Assembly (NCBI GenBank): GCA_048013815.1
Contig: CM106585.1
Coordinates: 14,632,001-14,696,000, forward strand
Source of the DNA: Setoptus koraiensis
Lineage: Eukaryota > Animalia > Arthropoda
Reading direction: 5' to 3'
Length of the DNA stretch: 64,000 bases
The notes under the pieces are model-generated. The model made no database searches, was not told the origin of the DNA, and worked only from the letters and a program-made list of their open reading frames with translations. A program made the position numbers and the translations under genes. The first letter of the stretch is position 1. Every line of letters starts with the position of its first letter. Shown here in pieces: positions 21,735-32,488 of the stretch.

Positions 21735-24700
21735 CTAACAAATGAAGGGGTCTTTCAGACTAGCTGGCGTTTTGGTGCCATCGTATAAATTTGGACCCCT
21801 TTGAGGCGAACGTTGTGTGCTGGCTTGCGGTCTGTCATAGTCGGCTGACAATGATGAAATGTTCAGAAGATCAGCCAGATTAGCACTTGTGGCCCATTTC
21901 ATGGATGAATTGGGATTATAGAAGTTGCGACTGTTCTGATTGCTGAAATTGTTTGTGGTGCTGTTACGTTGCTGAGGTAATTGTAAACGTTTGCCACGTA
22001 CAGTCGACCAGACACTGCCAAATAAAGAATGATTCCTCCTATGCATAGGTTCCTCTTCTTGCGACTCAAAGTTATCCTCGTCTAGATTACCCGATACAGT
22101 GCGTCTTATGCGCGGCCCAAATTCATGTAAGACCCTAATGCCGGCTTGCAGTGCCACAGTGTTTGCATCGTCGCGACTTCCGGCTCGTTCTCTCTCTGCT
22201 TTTTTCTTTTTGAAGCGTCTAAAGTAGTCTTGTATAAGGAAGGTGGCATAGAACTTTCCCACTGTCACATCTTCGTCGCTTGCTGGCGGGACAACTTCGT
22301 CCAATAGTTTGCTCGGGGTTCTTTTCCAAATTTTTCTGATGATGGCTCTGAGTTCCTCGTTGCAACTATCAATATTTCCATCATTTTTGATATGCAACGA
22401 TGTGCGAACAATGGCAAAAAGTGTCGCATTGAACATAACTGTACCATCGTTATTCAATGGCATGTTCATACTAACTAAACGCTTGCAAGCAATCCTATGC
22501 GGACACAGCTTACCAAAACCCAACGGGGGCGATATCTTTCTGAGTAGCGTAACAACATCCAAGTGCTTGATGCGCCCCTTCGCATCCGGGTCATATTCTG
22601 ACCATAACCGAATGAATTCCTCTAGATGATGGGGACCCAGAATGGACCAGTCGCGAGTTAAATAGTCGAAATTGTCCATGATGACGGCAACAAATAAATT
22701 GATAATTAAAAATGAGCACAGTACATAGAACGAGATGAAGTATGGCACCGCAAAATCGGTACCGCACAACATTTCCTGTTGGCTAGAGGCACTTGGTGGC
22801 GTTGTTGTTGTCGGTGTGCGATGCCTGTGAGAGTTACTACTATTGCTCTTAATCAAACCCAAATAATAACTTCCTGATGTGTTGGCGGCTTGTTGCTCTG
22901 GATCGTCCGTCAAATATCTGAACAAGCCCAGATTGCGCGTTTGATTTTTGTGCCAAGTAATAGAGCCCACAATGGCCTCTCTTAAAATAGTTATGGCATC
23001 GCCGTAAATTGGTGTGGCCTCGTTGCTCTGCTGATATGTATAGCCTACTGATATGGAGTTTTTGGAATCATTGTGTTGCGCTCTAAATGGAACAGAAGTG
23101 GTTGTCGTTGTTGTTGTTTGCGGGCCGAAAATGGTCGAGTTGAGACCATCCGTCGAGTTTGGCGATGACAGTGTATACGAGACGTTTGTCTCTATGTTTA
23201 TGCCAACGGTGTTTCCGTTAAGATTGTCGGCCACACTGTTGCCAGTGATCAGGAACGAATCATAGGAACGCGGATCGCATTTAGCCGTGGCGGTATTCAT
23301 ACAGGACAACATTATCTCTTGCCATGCCTCGCCCGTGGCCGATCTAAACAACACCAACAGAGCCTGAGGAAATGTTTGAAAATGATTGTTCCGATGTATT
23401 TCTGTGTCGTCGTCGAGCGCTATCTTGCCAAAAACTTGCATTCCAATCACCGCATATATAAAGAACAGCATCCAAATAAGTAGAGCAACATAGGGTAGTG
23501 CTTGGAAGGACTTGACAAAGGTCCACAGTAGCGTCTTGATTCCCTCTCCCCTGCTGAGCAACTTCACCAGTCTCATCACTCTGAACAATCGAAAAAAATT
23601 GACACTTATCAGGCTAGTTCTCGAGTCGGATGTCGTTGTTGCCGTTGGCGTTGTGTGGATCCTCGATGCGCTTGGCGTTGTTGTTGTTGTTGTTGTTGAA
23701 TAATCGCTCATGTTGCTGATGCCTCCAAGTGTGTATGACAATATGGATGCAACAGTTTGTGTGGCGTTGTTATTAACAGTATTATTGTTGTACATGGACG
23801 CTGCTGTCGCCGATGCCAGATCAATGGGCGAGCCCGTTGTTGTCATGTTGTTGGCCCCAAAAAATCCCGTCTCCGACTGACCCTGAAAGGCCTGACTGAG
23901 GGGCGAAAATGTGTTTGAGGCCGCCTCAGATTTGCTGTAGGCAATGTCTATTATGCTGCCCAAAACAATGAGCAAATCGAAAAAATTCCACGGATCTCGC
24001 AGGTAATTCTTGCACTTGAAGGCTATTATTTTGAGCACAGACTCCAGCGCAAACAAACAGGTGAATATGATGTTCAACAAATCCAATATTGTAGAATAAA
24101 ACGGAGGCTGACCGTGATATTTCATTGCCAGCGTGATTGTGTTCACCAAAATGAGCACAAATATAAAATATTCAAAGAACTGCGATGTCACAAATGACCA
24201 CACTTTGTATTGAAACTTCTTATGGGGTATATAGCGACGTATTGGGCGAGCCTTGAGCGCAAACTCTATGCAAGCGCGCTGATTTTTGTCCAATTCACAG
24301 TTCTTGTACTCTTGTTCGCCCTCGTTCTGAAATGTGACTATGACGAAACCAACGAATATGTTCACCATGAAAAAGGCCACCACAATAATGTAAATGATAA
24401 AATACACGGCAACAAAGGGCCGATAATTGATGAGACCACCGACGTCTTCGGCCGTCGAGTCAATGGCCACATACAACAGATTTGGCCAACCCTCAAAGGT
24501 GCTGACGGTGAACAGTGTGAGCATTCCCTCGCTGACATCGTTGAAATTAAACTCGTACAAATTCCAGGTTCGTTGCTCCGAAATGGGCTCGTCGTTGCTT
24601 TGTTCGTTGTACTGAAAGTAAAGCTTGTTTGCGACACATTCATCCTGTGTCATGCGCGACTTATCCGTGCACGAATAAAAGGTCCCCTTGAACAGTTGAA

Positions 24701-25674
24701 CGCCTATGACGGCAAACATGAAATTGAGCAAAAATGTCACCAGCATTATGTTGCCAATGGTCTTGATGGCCACTATTACGCAACTGACAACGTGCTTGAG
24801 TCCCTTGGCCCGATTGATGGCCCTCAGTGGACGCATGACGCGCACTACGCGAAATATTTTGATCACGGACAATTTTTGCAAGAATGTGAACGACATGAGC
24901 GAACAACAAACAACAAACAAATCCAACAGATTGAAGGCATTCCGACAGAACGAGCCCTCGTGCAGCATAAAGCCATCGGATATGGTCTTTAGGCCTATCT
25001 CTATGGTGAATATTGTTGTGAAGCCCACATCAAAATAGTTCAATATTGTATTTCTGTAGGACCGTTCCTCGATGGGATCCTCGGCGGCCAGCATGGCGGA
25101 CGAAATCAATATGCACAGCAGCACAATATTGCCAAAGTAGCGATGATTGATAATCTGATGGCACAATATACGAAACGAATTGGTGTGCGAAAAAACAAAA
25201 TACGACGTATACTTGGGTATGGGCCTGATCTTGGTTTGTTTCATGCGGCTTATCTCGGACATTCGGCGCGGCCTGGCCGATTTTTTAGATTTACGCATCT
25301 CGCTGTTGGCATTGATGTAATTGTTGTCAGTGCTGTCATTGGTTGTTGTTGTTGCTGGCGCCGCTGGCGAGCTTGTTGCAACTGTCGGACCGTTAGCTCC
25401 GCTGTAATCCTTGGCCGCGGGTATCGTTTTACCTGTTGCCTGTTCTTTGTTTGTATGATGCTGCTGTTGGCCGGCCACTGCCACTTGTTGCTGTTTGCTC
25501 AGCGTTGAATCCACCTGCTTCTGTTGTTGTGTCACGTTATCTTGCGCGTTATTTTGCGACGACTTATTGGCCATTGCATCATCTTCGACCTCATCCTCTT
25601 CATCTTCGTTGTCATCGTCGTCATCGTCGTCGTCGTCGTCATCGTCTTCTTCATCGTCGTCGTCGTCATCGTCA

Positions 25675-25712
<38 letters not shown>

Positions 25713-28700
25713 ATCATCATCGTCATCGAAGTCATCGTCGTCCTCTTCGTTCTCATCATACTCATCTTCGTCGTCGTCGGCCTCGTCATCCTCATTGTCC
25801 CCATTGTTCTCTTGTTTAATGTGACTGTTGCGCCTATCGCCCGACGCCCCCGCTTTCATATCCAACACTACGTCGCCTCCCTTCCGGTTATCGCCGTCCC
25901 CGTTCTTTTCTGGCCCCGCTGCGGCCTGTTTCTTCTTTTGTGCCGACTCACCTACTGAGCCGATGGCCGCAGCAGCAGCGGCCCCCTTGGCCCCGACCCC
26001 TGTATCCACTGCCGCAGTCGCTTTACTGGATGCTTCTGTTGGCTTTTGTTTACCTTGTTGTTGATTATTGTCCGCCGTTGCCGTCGCTGTAGCTGCGATT
26101 TCATTGGGATCCTTCTCAATACCTGGCGCATATTTGATTCGACGCTGTTGGCGCCGGCGACGTCTCCGTAAACGGCGCCTCTGTTTCTCTGTCAATTTAG
26201 AGTTTTCGTTGGTGTCGCCATCCTCGCTGGCCTTCTCAATGGCGGTCAGATTCTCAGCGTCGGCCAAATTGTCCACTGCAATAGCCAAGAAGACATTCAA
26301 CAGTATGTAATTACCGCATATAAACAATATAATGAAATAGCTACAGGCCCATATGCCCACCGACGACACTCCGCCATAGGCGTTGATGCCCGTATACATG
26401 ACCTCGTTCCAGTCTTCGCCGGTCAATATCTGGAACACCGACAACAGTGATTGGGTGAACGTGTCAAAGTTGCTTCTGTCCGGCTCGTCCAGATCATCGC
26501 CTGTTTCGTTGAATTTTCCACCAAATACCTGCATGCCTAACAGGGCAAATATTACTATGAATAAGAACAATAACAACAGTAAACTGACAATGGCTCTCAT
26601 TGAATTTATGAGCGACGCAACCAGATTTCTCAGCGACAGCCAATATTTGGTGACTTTGAATATCCTCAGCAAACGAACGCATCGCAATACGGACACACCC
26701 AATGGCAGCATGACGTTTGTGTTGGTGAGTATGCTCTCCACAATGGACGATATGACCACAAAACAGTCGAATCTGTTGAACAGCGACACAAAGTAACCCT
26801 GAAAACCTAGCGAGTACATCTTGAGAAACATCTCCAATGTGAACAGGCCGACAAATATCCTGTTGCACAGCTCCTGAAAGTCGTCCAGCCACAGCGGTTG
26901 CCTGTAGTGTTCGGAGGCCAGTGTCAGTGTGTTAAGAAATACCAAAACGATAACTGTCCAGTAGAGCGTTTGCGATTTGCACAATCTTCTGCATTCGCGT
27001 CTCATCCGGCGATTTGTTTTTGCCAGCCGTTTCCGGTACTCGATCCAGCACGATGGCTCCCTGATGAGTGGCGTGGGCGAGCGCTGTTGAGCTTGTTGCT
27101 GCTGCTGCTGCTGTTTCGCGTTGGTAGGAGTGGGCGACAGCGAGTGATTGGGGCCGCCTTGCTGCGACAGACTGGCCGCCGCTGCTCGCCACCTCGATCC
27201 CTTGGTCGAATACGAGAACAGGCGGCTGAAAATGTTGCCGTCGCTGATGTCGCTCGCCTGATCCGTGTGATCCGGCGACTGCTGCTGCTGTTGTTGCTGG
27301 GACGCTGTTCGGTTGATCGGGCTTGTCATCATGCGGCCCGAGAGTATTTGCGGATGATGGGGGTGATGGTGATGATGATGGGCGCCCACAGAGCCCGCGA
27401 TGCCGCCGCCCGCACCAACATTGTAGTCGGGCTCTATATCCTCGGCCTGAGTTATCCAGTCCAGGTAGCCGCGTAGGTCCTCTTCAATTTGTTTGCGTTC
27501 GCGCAACTTGTGAAAATCGCCGCGAGCCTTGGCCTTCTCTCTTTCTTTTGAGAATTCACCGCTCAGCACACCAAGTACGAGATTCATGACGAAAAAGGAG
27601 CCCAAAATCACCAGACTTATAAAGTACATCCATGGCCACGAGTTTCCTATGGCGTCGTTGATGTTGTACATCACCGTTGTCCAACCCTCGTTGGTGATAC
27701 ACTGGAACACTGTCAGCATGGCCAGACCGAAATTGTCGAAATTGGTGATGCCGTAATTGGGTCCGTCCCAATTGGGTCGGCACTCGAAATTGTTTTCTTC
27801 GTCGCATTTAAAGCCGTTTATGCCGCACGGATGTGCCTCGTCCATTATGTTGCCAGTGATAATATTGTAACAAGTTGAGTGCATCTTGCCACTAAATAGC
27901 TCTAGCCCGATGATGGCATATATGACAATGACGAATATCACCAATAATGCAATATGCAGCAGGGGTAACATGGCCTTCACTATTGAATTTAATACAATTT
28001 GCAACGACGGCACCCCGCTAACCAGACGCAACGGACGCAATACTCGGAATGCTCTAAATGCCTTCACGTCGAAATGCTCCTCTTTTTGCAGCAAACTCAA
28101 TAAGGTAGACACTATGCCGATGACCACTATTATAAAGTCCAGTATGTTCCAGGCTGAGCGTAGATAGGCTCCAGAGTGACAGGCAAAACCGTAGGCTATT
28201 ATTTTGATTATGCACTCTACGGTGAATATAACCAAGAAAATATACTCAATTAATTCCAGGAAGGCGTTCATTTGATTTGAGTCGCCATTTGGATAGGGCG
28301 TGTAGAAGCCGAGCACAAGACAATTCAAACAAATGGTCACCAATATGAGCCACTCGAACGGCTTCCATTCCACTATGTCTATGCACAATCGCCTCAATGG
28401 ATTTTGTAGCGTCAAATAATACAATGATCTCACTGGCTTGTCCGGTAATTTTGGCATCTTTCTCTGTTGGCGCTGCTTGGTTCGTTCGGCGGCCGCGGCC
28501 ATTCTATCGTTTGAGGCCACCGTACCACCGCCGGGACTTGTTGCGCCAGCAACTGGTGACGACATGCCAGATATTGGCGACAATGGAGTGATCATGCCCT
28601 GGATTGGTGAGAATGGCGATGCGGCACTAGGAGTTGGTGTTGGCGTTGGCGCGGGTATTGAGGTGGGCACCGAAGCGGGTGCCGATGGGGACGCCGGTGT

Positions 28701-28730
28701 TCCCGTTAGGCTCGGCTGCAGAGATATCAT
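21735..28730 (-). CDS. Ca-alpha1D: L-type voltage-gated calcium channel alpha1 subunit (Cav1), single 2331-aa ORF
   Basis: Four 6-TM repeats with S4 arginine ladders. EEEE filter (TNEGW, TGEDW, TFEGW, TGEAW). IS6 [32 protein letters not shown]-hand and pre-IQ, and the L-type IQ motif [14 protein letters not shown]. Confidence 0.96.
25577..25794 (-). repeat. In-frame GAC/GAT/GAA trinucleotide expansion encoding about 70 Asp/Glu residues in the Cav1 II-III loop
   Basis: Plus strand (TCG/TCA)n run; the translation contains long poly-D tracts. Confidence 0.95.
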
Positions 28731-29519
28731 GATTAGGTGCTGTTGTTGTTGTTGTTGATTCCAAATAACAGCTAAATGCAGAGGCCGAATAATAATAGTT
28801 GACGGGTCTCAAGTACGGGCTCTACTATTTGGTGCATTTGCCCATTTGTTCATCTATCTTGGCAGATTTTGTGTGTTTGTGTGTCCTTTTGTGTTGGTTC
28901 GATTGACCAAATCGGTGATATATGTCGAAATATATCTCAGCCTACTCGGCCAAGCGACTGCCTCCTGGGTGCGAATTGTGGATATTAGCTGGTAAAATGT
29001 TCTATCTGGGGTGTGCCGTTCGTCGATCTGCTCTTGTTACCATTAGCAAGCTTTTTTTTTCTTGCACTATTCAGTTAGATGCGAAGTGGACAAATTGTAG
29101 CAAATACCTTTAGAAATAGACAATAGACGCGTGTGCATTTTGAATTTTATTTTATTTGCTAAGACGCAAGATAATCGCCTCGTTCTGAGAGCTATGTGCT
29201 AATTGCATCCATATTTGGACTAGAGACAGGGGCTGCAAACAGCAGATAACATAGCGCGTTAGCGAGCGAAAGAATGAAAGAAAGGACATAGAAACTGCTC
29301 AAACAGCTACTATGTCTAACTAGTCTTATGCTGTCACATGAAATATCTGACTTACACGCTGCTGAAGTATCAATCGTGCGCCACGATGCATTCACTTGCG
29401 TTGTCAACATGATAAATCGCTGTCGATTCTCCTCCGAATAGAGCCTCAACGTTCAACAGATTAGGCACACATACACACACACACAATAGCATAGATGCTC
29501 CACAAGGGTGGTCAATTAA

Positions 29520-30650
29520 TCAGGATTTATTTTTTAACGTGACAACATAAACAGCATTCTTGGAACCCTTGACGCGCCACCATCGGCCAAATCTGTGCTC
29601 CTGGCCTACGGCTGCAACAATTTTACTGCCATCCTTGGAGAAAGTCAGCGAATTTATGAAGCCGTTGATAGGAATAGAATGTACCAGGTCCAGTTTCTTC
29701 GCTTCGTCCGGGTTTGTTTGCCAAATATTTAGTTTGCCATCGCAAGAACCCGATGCTATGGTGTATCCTTTATGGTCGTCCTCGGTGATGGAACCCTTCT
29801 CTGGAACATAAGTTGCCAAAGATGTGACCCAGGATGCCGCTGCTGTTCCAGCCTCTGAATTCACTGTGTGAGACACTGTACTAATTGGTTTCCTTTTAAT
29901 TACAGACCACACTGAAATATTTCCATCTTCGCCACCGCTAACAAAATGTTTTTCATCTATGTATTTGACAATGTCTACCGATTTATGGCTAGACTGGAAG
30001 ACCGATTGCGATTCCTCCACTATTTTCCATATTCTCAATGTTTCATCTCTACCTCCGCTTGTGAGAATCCTCTCCTTATCTAGAGCATCAATGCTTGTTA
30101 CAGAACTCTCATGACCGAATAAAGTTTCAACGTAGGACCACGGTTCCTCTTCCATAACCCAAATCTTGACAGTTTTATCAGAGGCCGAACTGTACAGATG
30201 GTAGCTATTGTGTCTAAACACGAGGCCAGTTATTTCGCCCAGATGACCCTTAAACACGTGAAGCAAGGATAAATTATTAGGGTCCCATACTCTTATAAGT
30301 TTATCGTAGCCGCCGCTCACCAAATATTTGTCGTCACTAGATAGTGCAAGGCAATTGATGTGCCTATTGTGATGTTGTTTTATTAGTTGGACGGATTGGT
30401 CATTTTTCGATCTGCCAGTGACAGTTTGTAATATCTTTTTTGTCTTCATGCACCATTTCACAATTTTGCCACATTTTGAAGCCGAGTAAGCGTGCTGGGC
30501 ATTTGAATCGACACAGACACAGGTGAGAGGAAGCTTGTGTCCATTATTGAAGACATCTATCTGGTGTGGTTCCTTGCCAGTGTTCTTGCTTGTGTTGGTC
30601 CGGTGAATATCGCCAGCTCCGGTTGGCTGATCTACTTCCATATTTGTCAT
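29520..30650 (-). CDS. RRP9: U3 snoRNP-associated WD40 protein RRP9/U3-55K
   Basis: WD repeats (GHLGEITGLVF..SASSDKTVKIW..YVETLFGHESSVTSIDAL.KERILTSGGRD.T.RIWKIVEESQ.VF) and the C-terminal AAVGQEHRFGRWW signature. Start placed at the first in-frame ATG (30650); a short upstream exon cannot be excluded. Confidence 0.9.
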   Translation of the reverse strand: MTNMEVDQPTGAGDIHRTNTSKNTGKEPHQIDVFNNGHKLPLTCVCVDSNAQHAYSASKCGKIVKWCMKTKKILQTVTGRSKNDQSVQLIKQHHNRHINCLALSSDDKYLVSGGYDKLIRVWDPNNLSLLHVFKGHLGEITGLVFRHNSYHLYSSASDKTVKIWVMEEEPWSYVETLFGHESSVTSIDALDKERILTSGGRDETLRIWKIVEESQSVFQSSHKSVDIVKYIDEKHFVSGGEDGNISVWSVIKRKPISTVSHTVNSEAGTAAASWVTSLATYVPEKGSITEDDHKGYTIASGSCDGKLNIWQTNPDEAKKLDLVHSIPINGFINSLTFSKDGSKIVAAVGQEHRFGRWWRVKGSKNAVYVVTLKNKS

Positions 30651-30841
30651 ATTGCTAATGTATTTTTTTTTAAAACAACAATAACTTAATATCCAACAAC
30701 GAAAAGTCTTTCGGTTGAGAGTTATCCAAGGAAACAATCAACTCAAAATTGAAAATCGAGTGCACGTGTCTGTGAGATAGCACATTTCCATTGGCTACAC
30801 AGTCGTTTAAGTAACTGAACAAGTGATGTTCCATTATGTGA

Positions 30842-30940
30842 GCAACTATGGCCGAGTGGTTAAGGCGATGGACTTGAATTGCACAAAACAAGCATATCCA
30901 TTGGGTTCTGCCCGCGTAGGTTCGAATCCTACTGGTTGCG
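30842..30940 (+). tRNA. tRNA-Ser(UGA) with a 17-nt intron (30879-30895)
   Basis: Acceptor stem GCAACTA/TGGTTGC plus G73. A box TGGCCGAGTGG. Anticodon stem ATGGA/TCCAT with loop CT-TGA-A|intron|A. Long variable arm. B box GGTTCGAATCC. T-run terminator at about 30946. Confidence 0.92.
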
Positions 30941-31798
30941 AAAACTTTTTGCTGCGTTCGCCGTGTGTGTGTGAGAAAAAAATCACAGCAGCAACTGATG
31001 TAATTTATATGCATTTGTATATGGCCATCATCATCATCAGCTTGTATGCTCGTCGTAATATTTTGTTGTTGATTTTGTTGTTGTTTGTGAATCACCACAG
31101 AATTCTAGCAGGTCGCCCATTAAACATTCACTATCTATTATCAATCAAGCTATATCATATTATTATTGATTTTATTTTAGTTTGTATTGTTATTCTCGAC
31201 TCGGTATAAAGAGATTATCGGCACAACCAGTTATACACATAACAGAGCGAAGGTAACGAGAGAATAATAACAAGTAAGGCGAGTGAGAATAGTGATTATT
31301 TGTCAACGCTGACATGTTTATTTAATAATACAAACACTCACACTCACATTATCACAGTACAGCATAGAATAATAATACTGTAATAATTATCTGGAAATCT
31401 AAGCCATAACTGCGCGTATAACAATCTATAGAGAGCCCTAGAAACCTAGATAATGATGAAATAACCATTTCGATTATCCTACCATTTTACACCATCTATT
31501 ATCATCTGTACCATTATTACTATCACTAATATTATGCAATTAGGATTTTGAAATCACAATCGGAACGATAATAACAACACCAGCTATTGACTTGGCTTCA
31601 GTCGCGTACATTGAGAACACAATTGTATAATTGTCTCTCGACACATAAATCACACACACACTGAGAACAGGCACCCATCTATCTGCTGGACGGATACAGT
31701 TTTTTGCGTTCAACTCTAGAGATAAAATATAATTTGTAACTAATATAATTGTAATAATATTATCACTACTTAACTTCTATTAATTCAAATCAAACAAT

Positions 31799-32488
31799 AT
31801 GGCGTTCAAGGAGGACGAATACGATTTTTTATTCAAAATTGTTCTCATTGGCGATTCTGGTGTGGGCAAATCAAATCTGTTGTCACGATTCACCAGAAAC
31901 GAATTCAATTTAGAGAGCAAATCAACCATAGGCGTGGAATTCGCCACTAAAAGTATCGAGGTGGACGGGAAAATAATCAAGGCTCAAGTGTGGGACACAG
32001 CCGGCCAAGAGCGCTACAGAGCTATTACATCTGCCTATTACAGGGGCGCGGTGGGTGCTTTACTTGTGTACGATATTGCAAAACATGTAACCTATGAAAA
32101 CGTAGAGAGATGGCTCAAGGAACTCAGGGATCATGCGGAACAAAATATTGTTATCATGTTGGTAGGCAACAAATCTGATTTACGCCACTTGAGAGCCGTA
32201 CCATTGGAGGAAGCCAGGGCATTTGCCGAAAGAAATTCACTTTCATTCATAGAAGCCTCTGCTTTAGACTCAACAAACGTTGAGCCTGCCTTTCATCAAA
32301 TATTGGCTGAAATTTATCGTGTTGTATCTCAGGCTCGTCAGGCACGCGGTGGCGGTGATAATAACCAATTTGGTTCTAATTCTGGTAATCAAACAGTGAG
32401 ACCCACAGCCAATAGTTTTGCATCAGGATCCAATTCAGACGGCCAAAATAGTAAGAGGATATCATGCTCTAATGTGTGTAACAACTAA
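31799..32488 (+). CDS. Rab11: Ras-related protein Rab11, intronless, 229 aa
   Basis: [73 protein letters not shown] and [12 protein letters not shown] are Rab11-diagnostic. Confidence 0.96.
   Translation: MAFKEDEYDFLFKIVLIGDSGVGKSNLLSRFTRNEFNLESKSTIGVEFATKSIEVDGKIIKAQVWDTAGQERYRAITSAYYRGAVGALLVYDIAKHVTYENVERWLKELRDHAEQNIVIMLVGNKSDLRHLRAVPLEEARAFAERNSLSFIEASALDSTNVEPAFHQILAEIYRVVSQARQARGGGDNNQFGSNSGNQTVRPTANSFASGSNSDGQNSKRISCSNVCNN

Noticed and set aside
21735-28730. Cav1 as a processed pseudogene, and the long antisense ORFs over it
   Set aside because: The ORF is intact with all functional motifs, there is no poly(A) remnant, and neighbours are also intronless. The antisense ORFs are shadows of codon bias and repeats.
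30670-31209. ORFs of 142 and 128 aa
   Set aside because: They overlap the tRNA gene and low-complexity DNA and are spurious.
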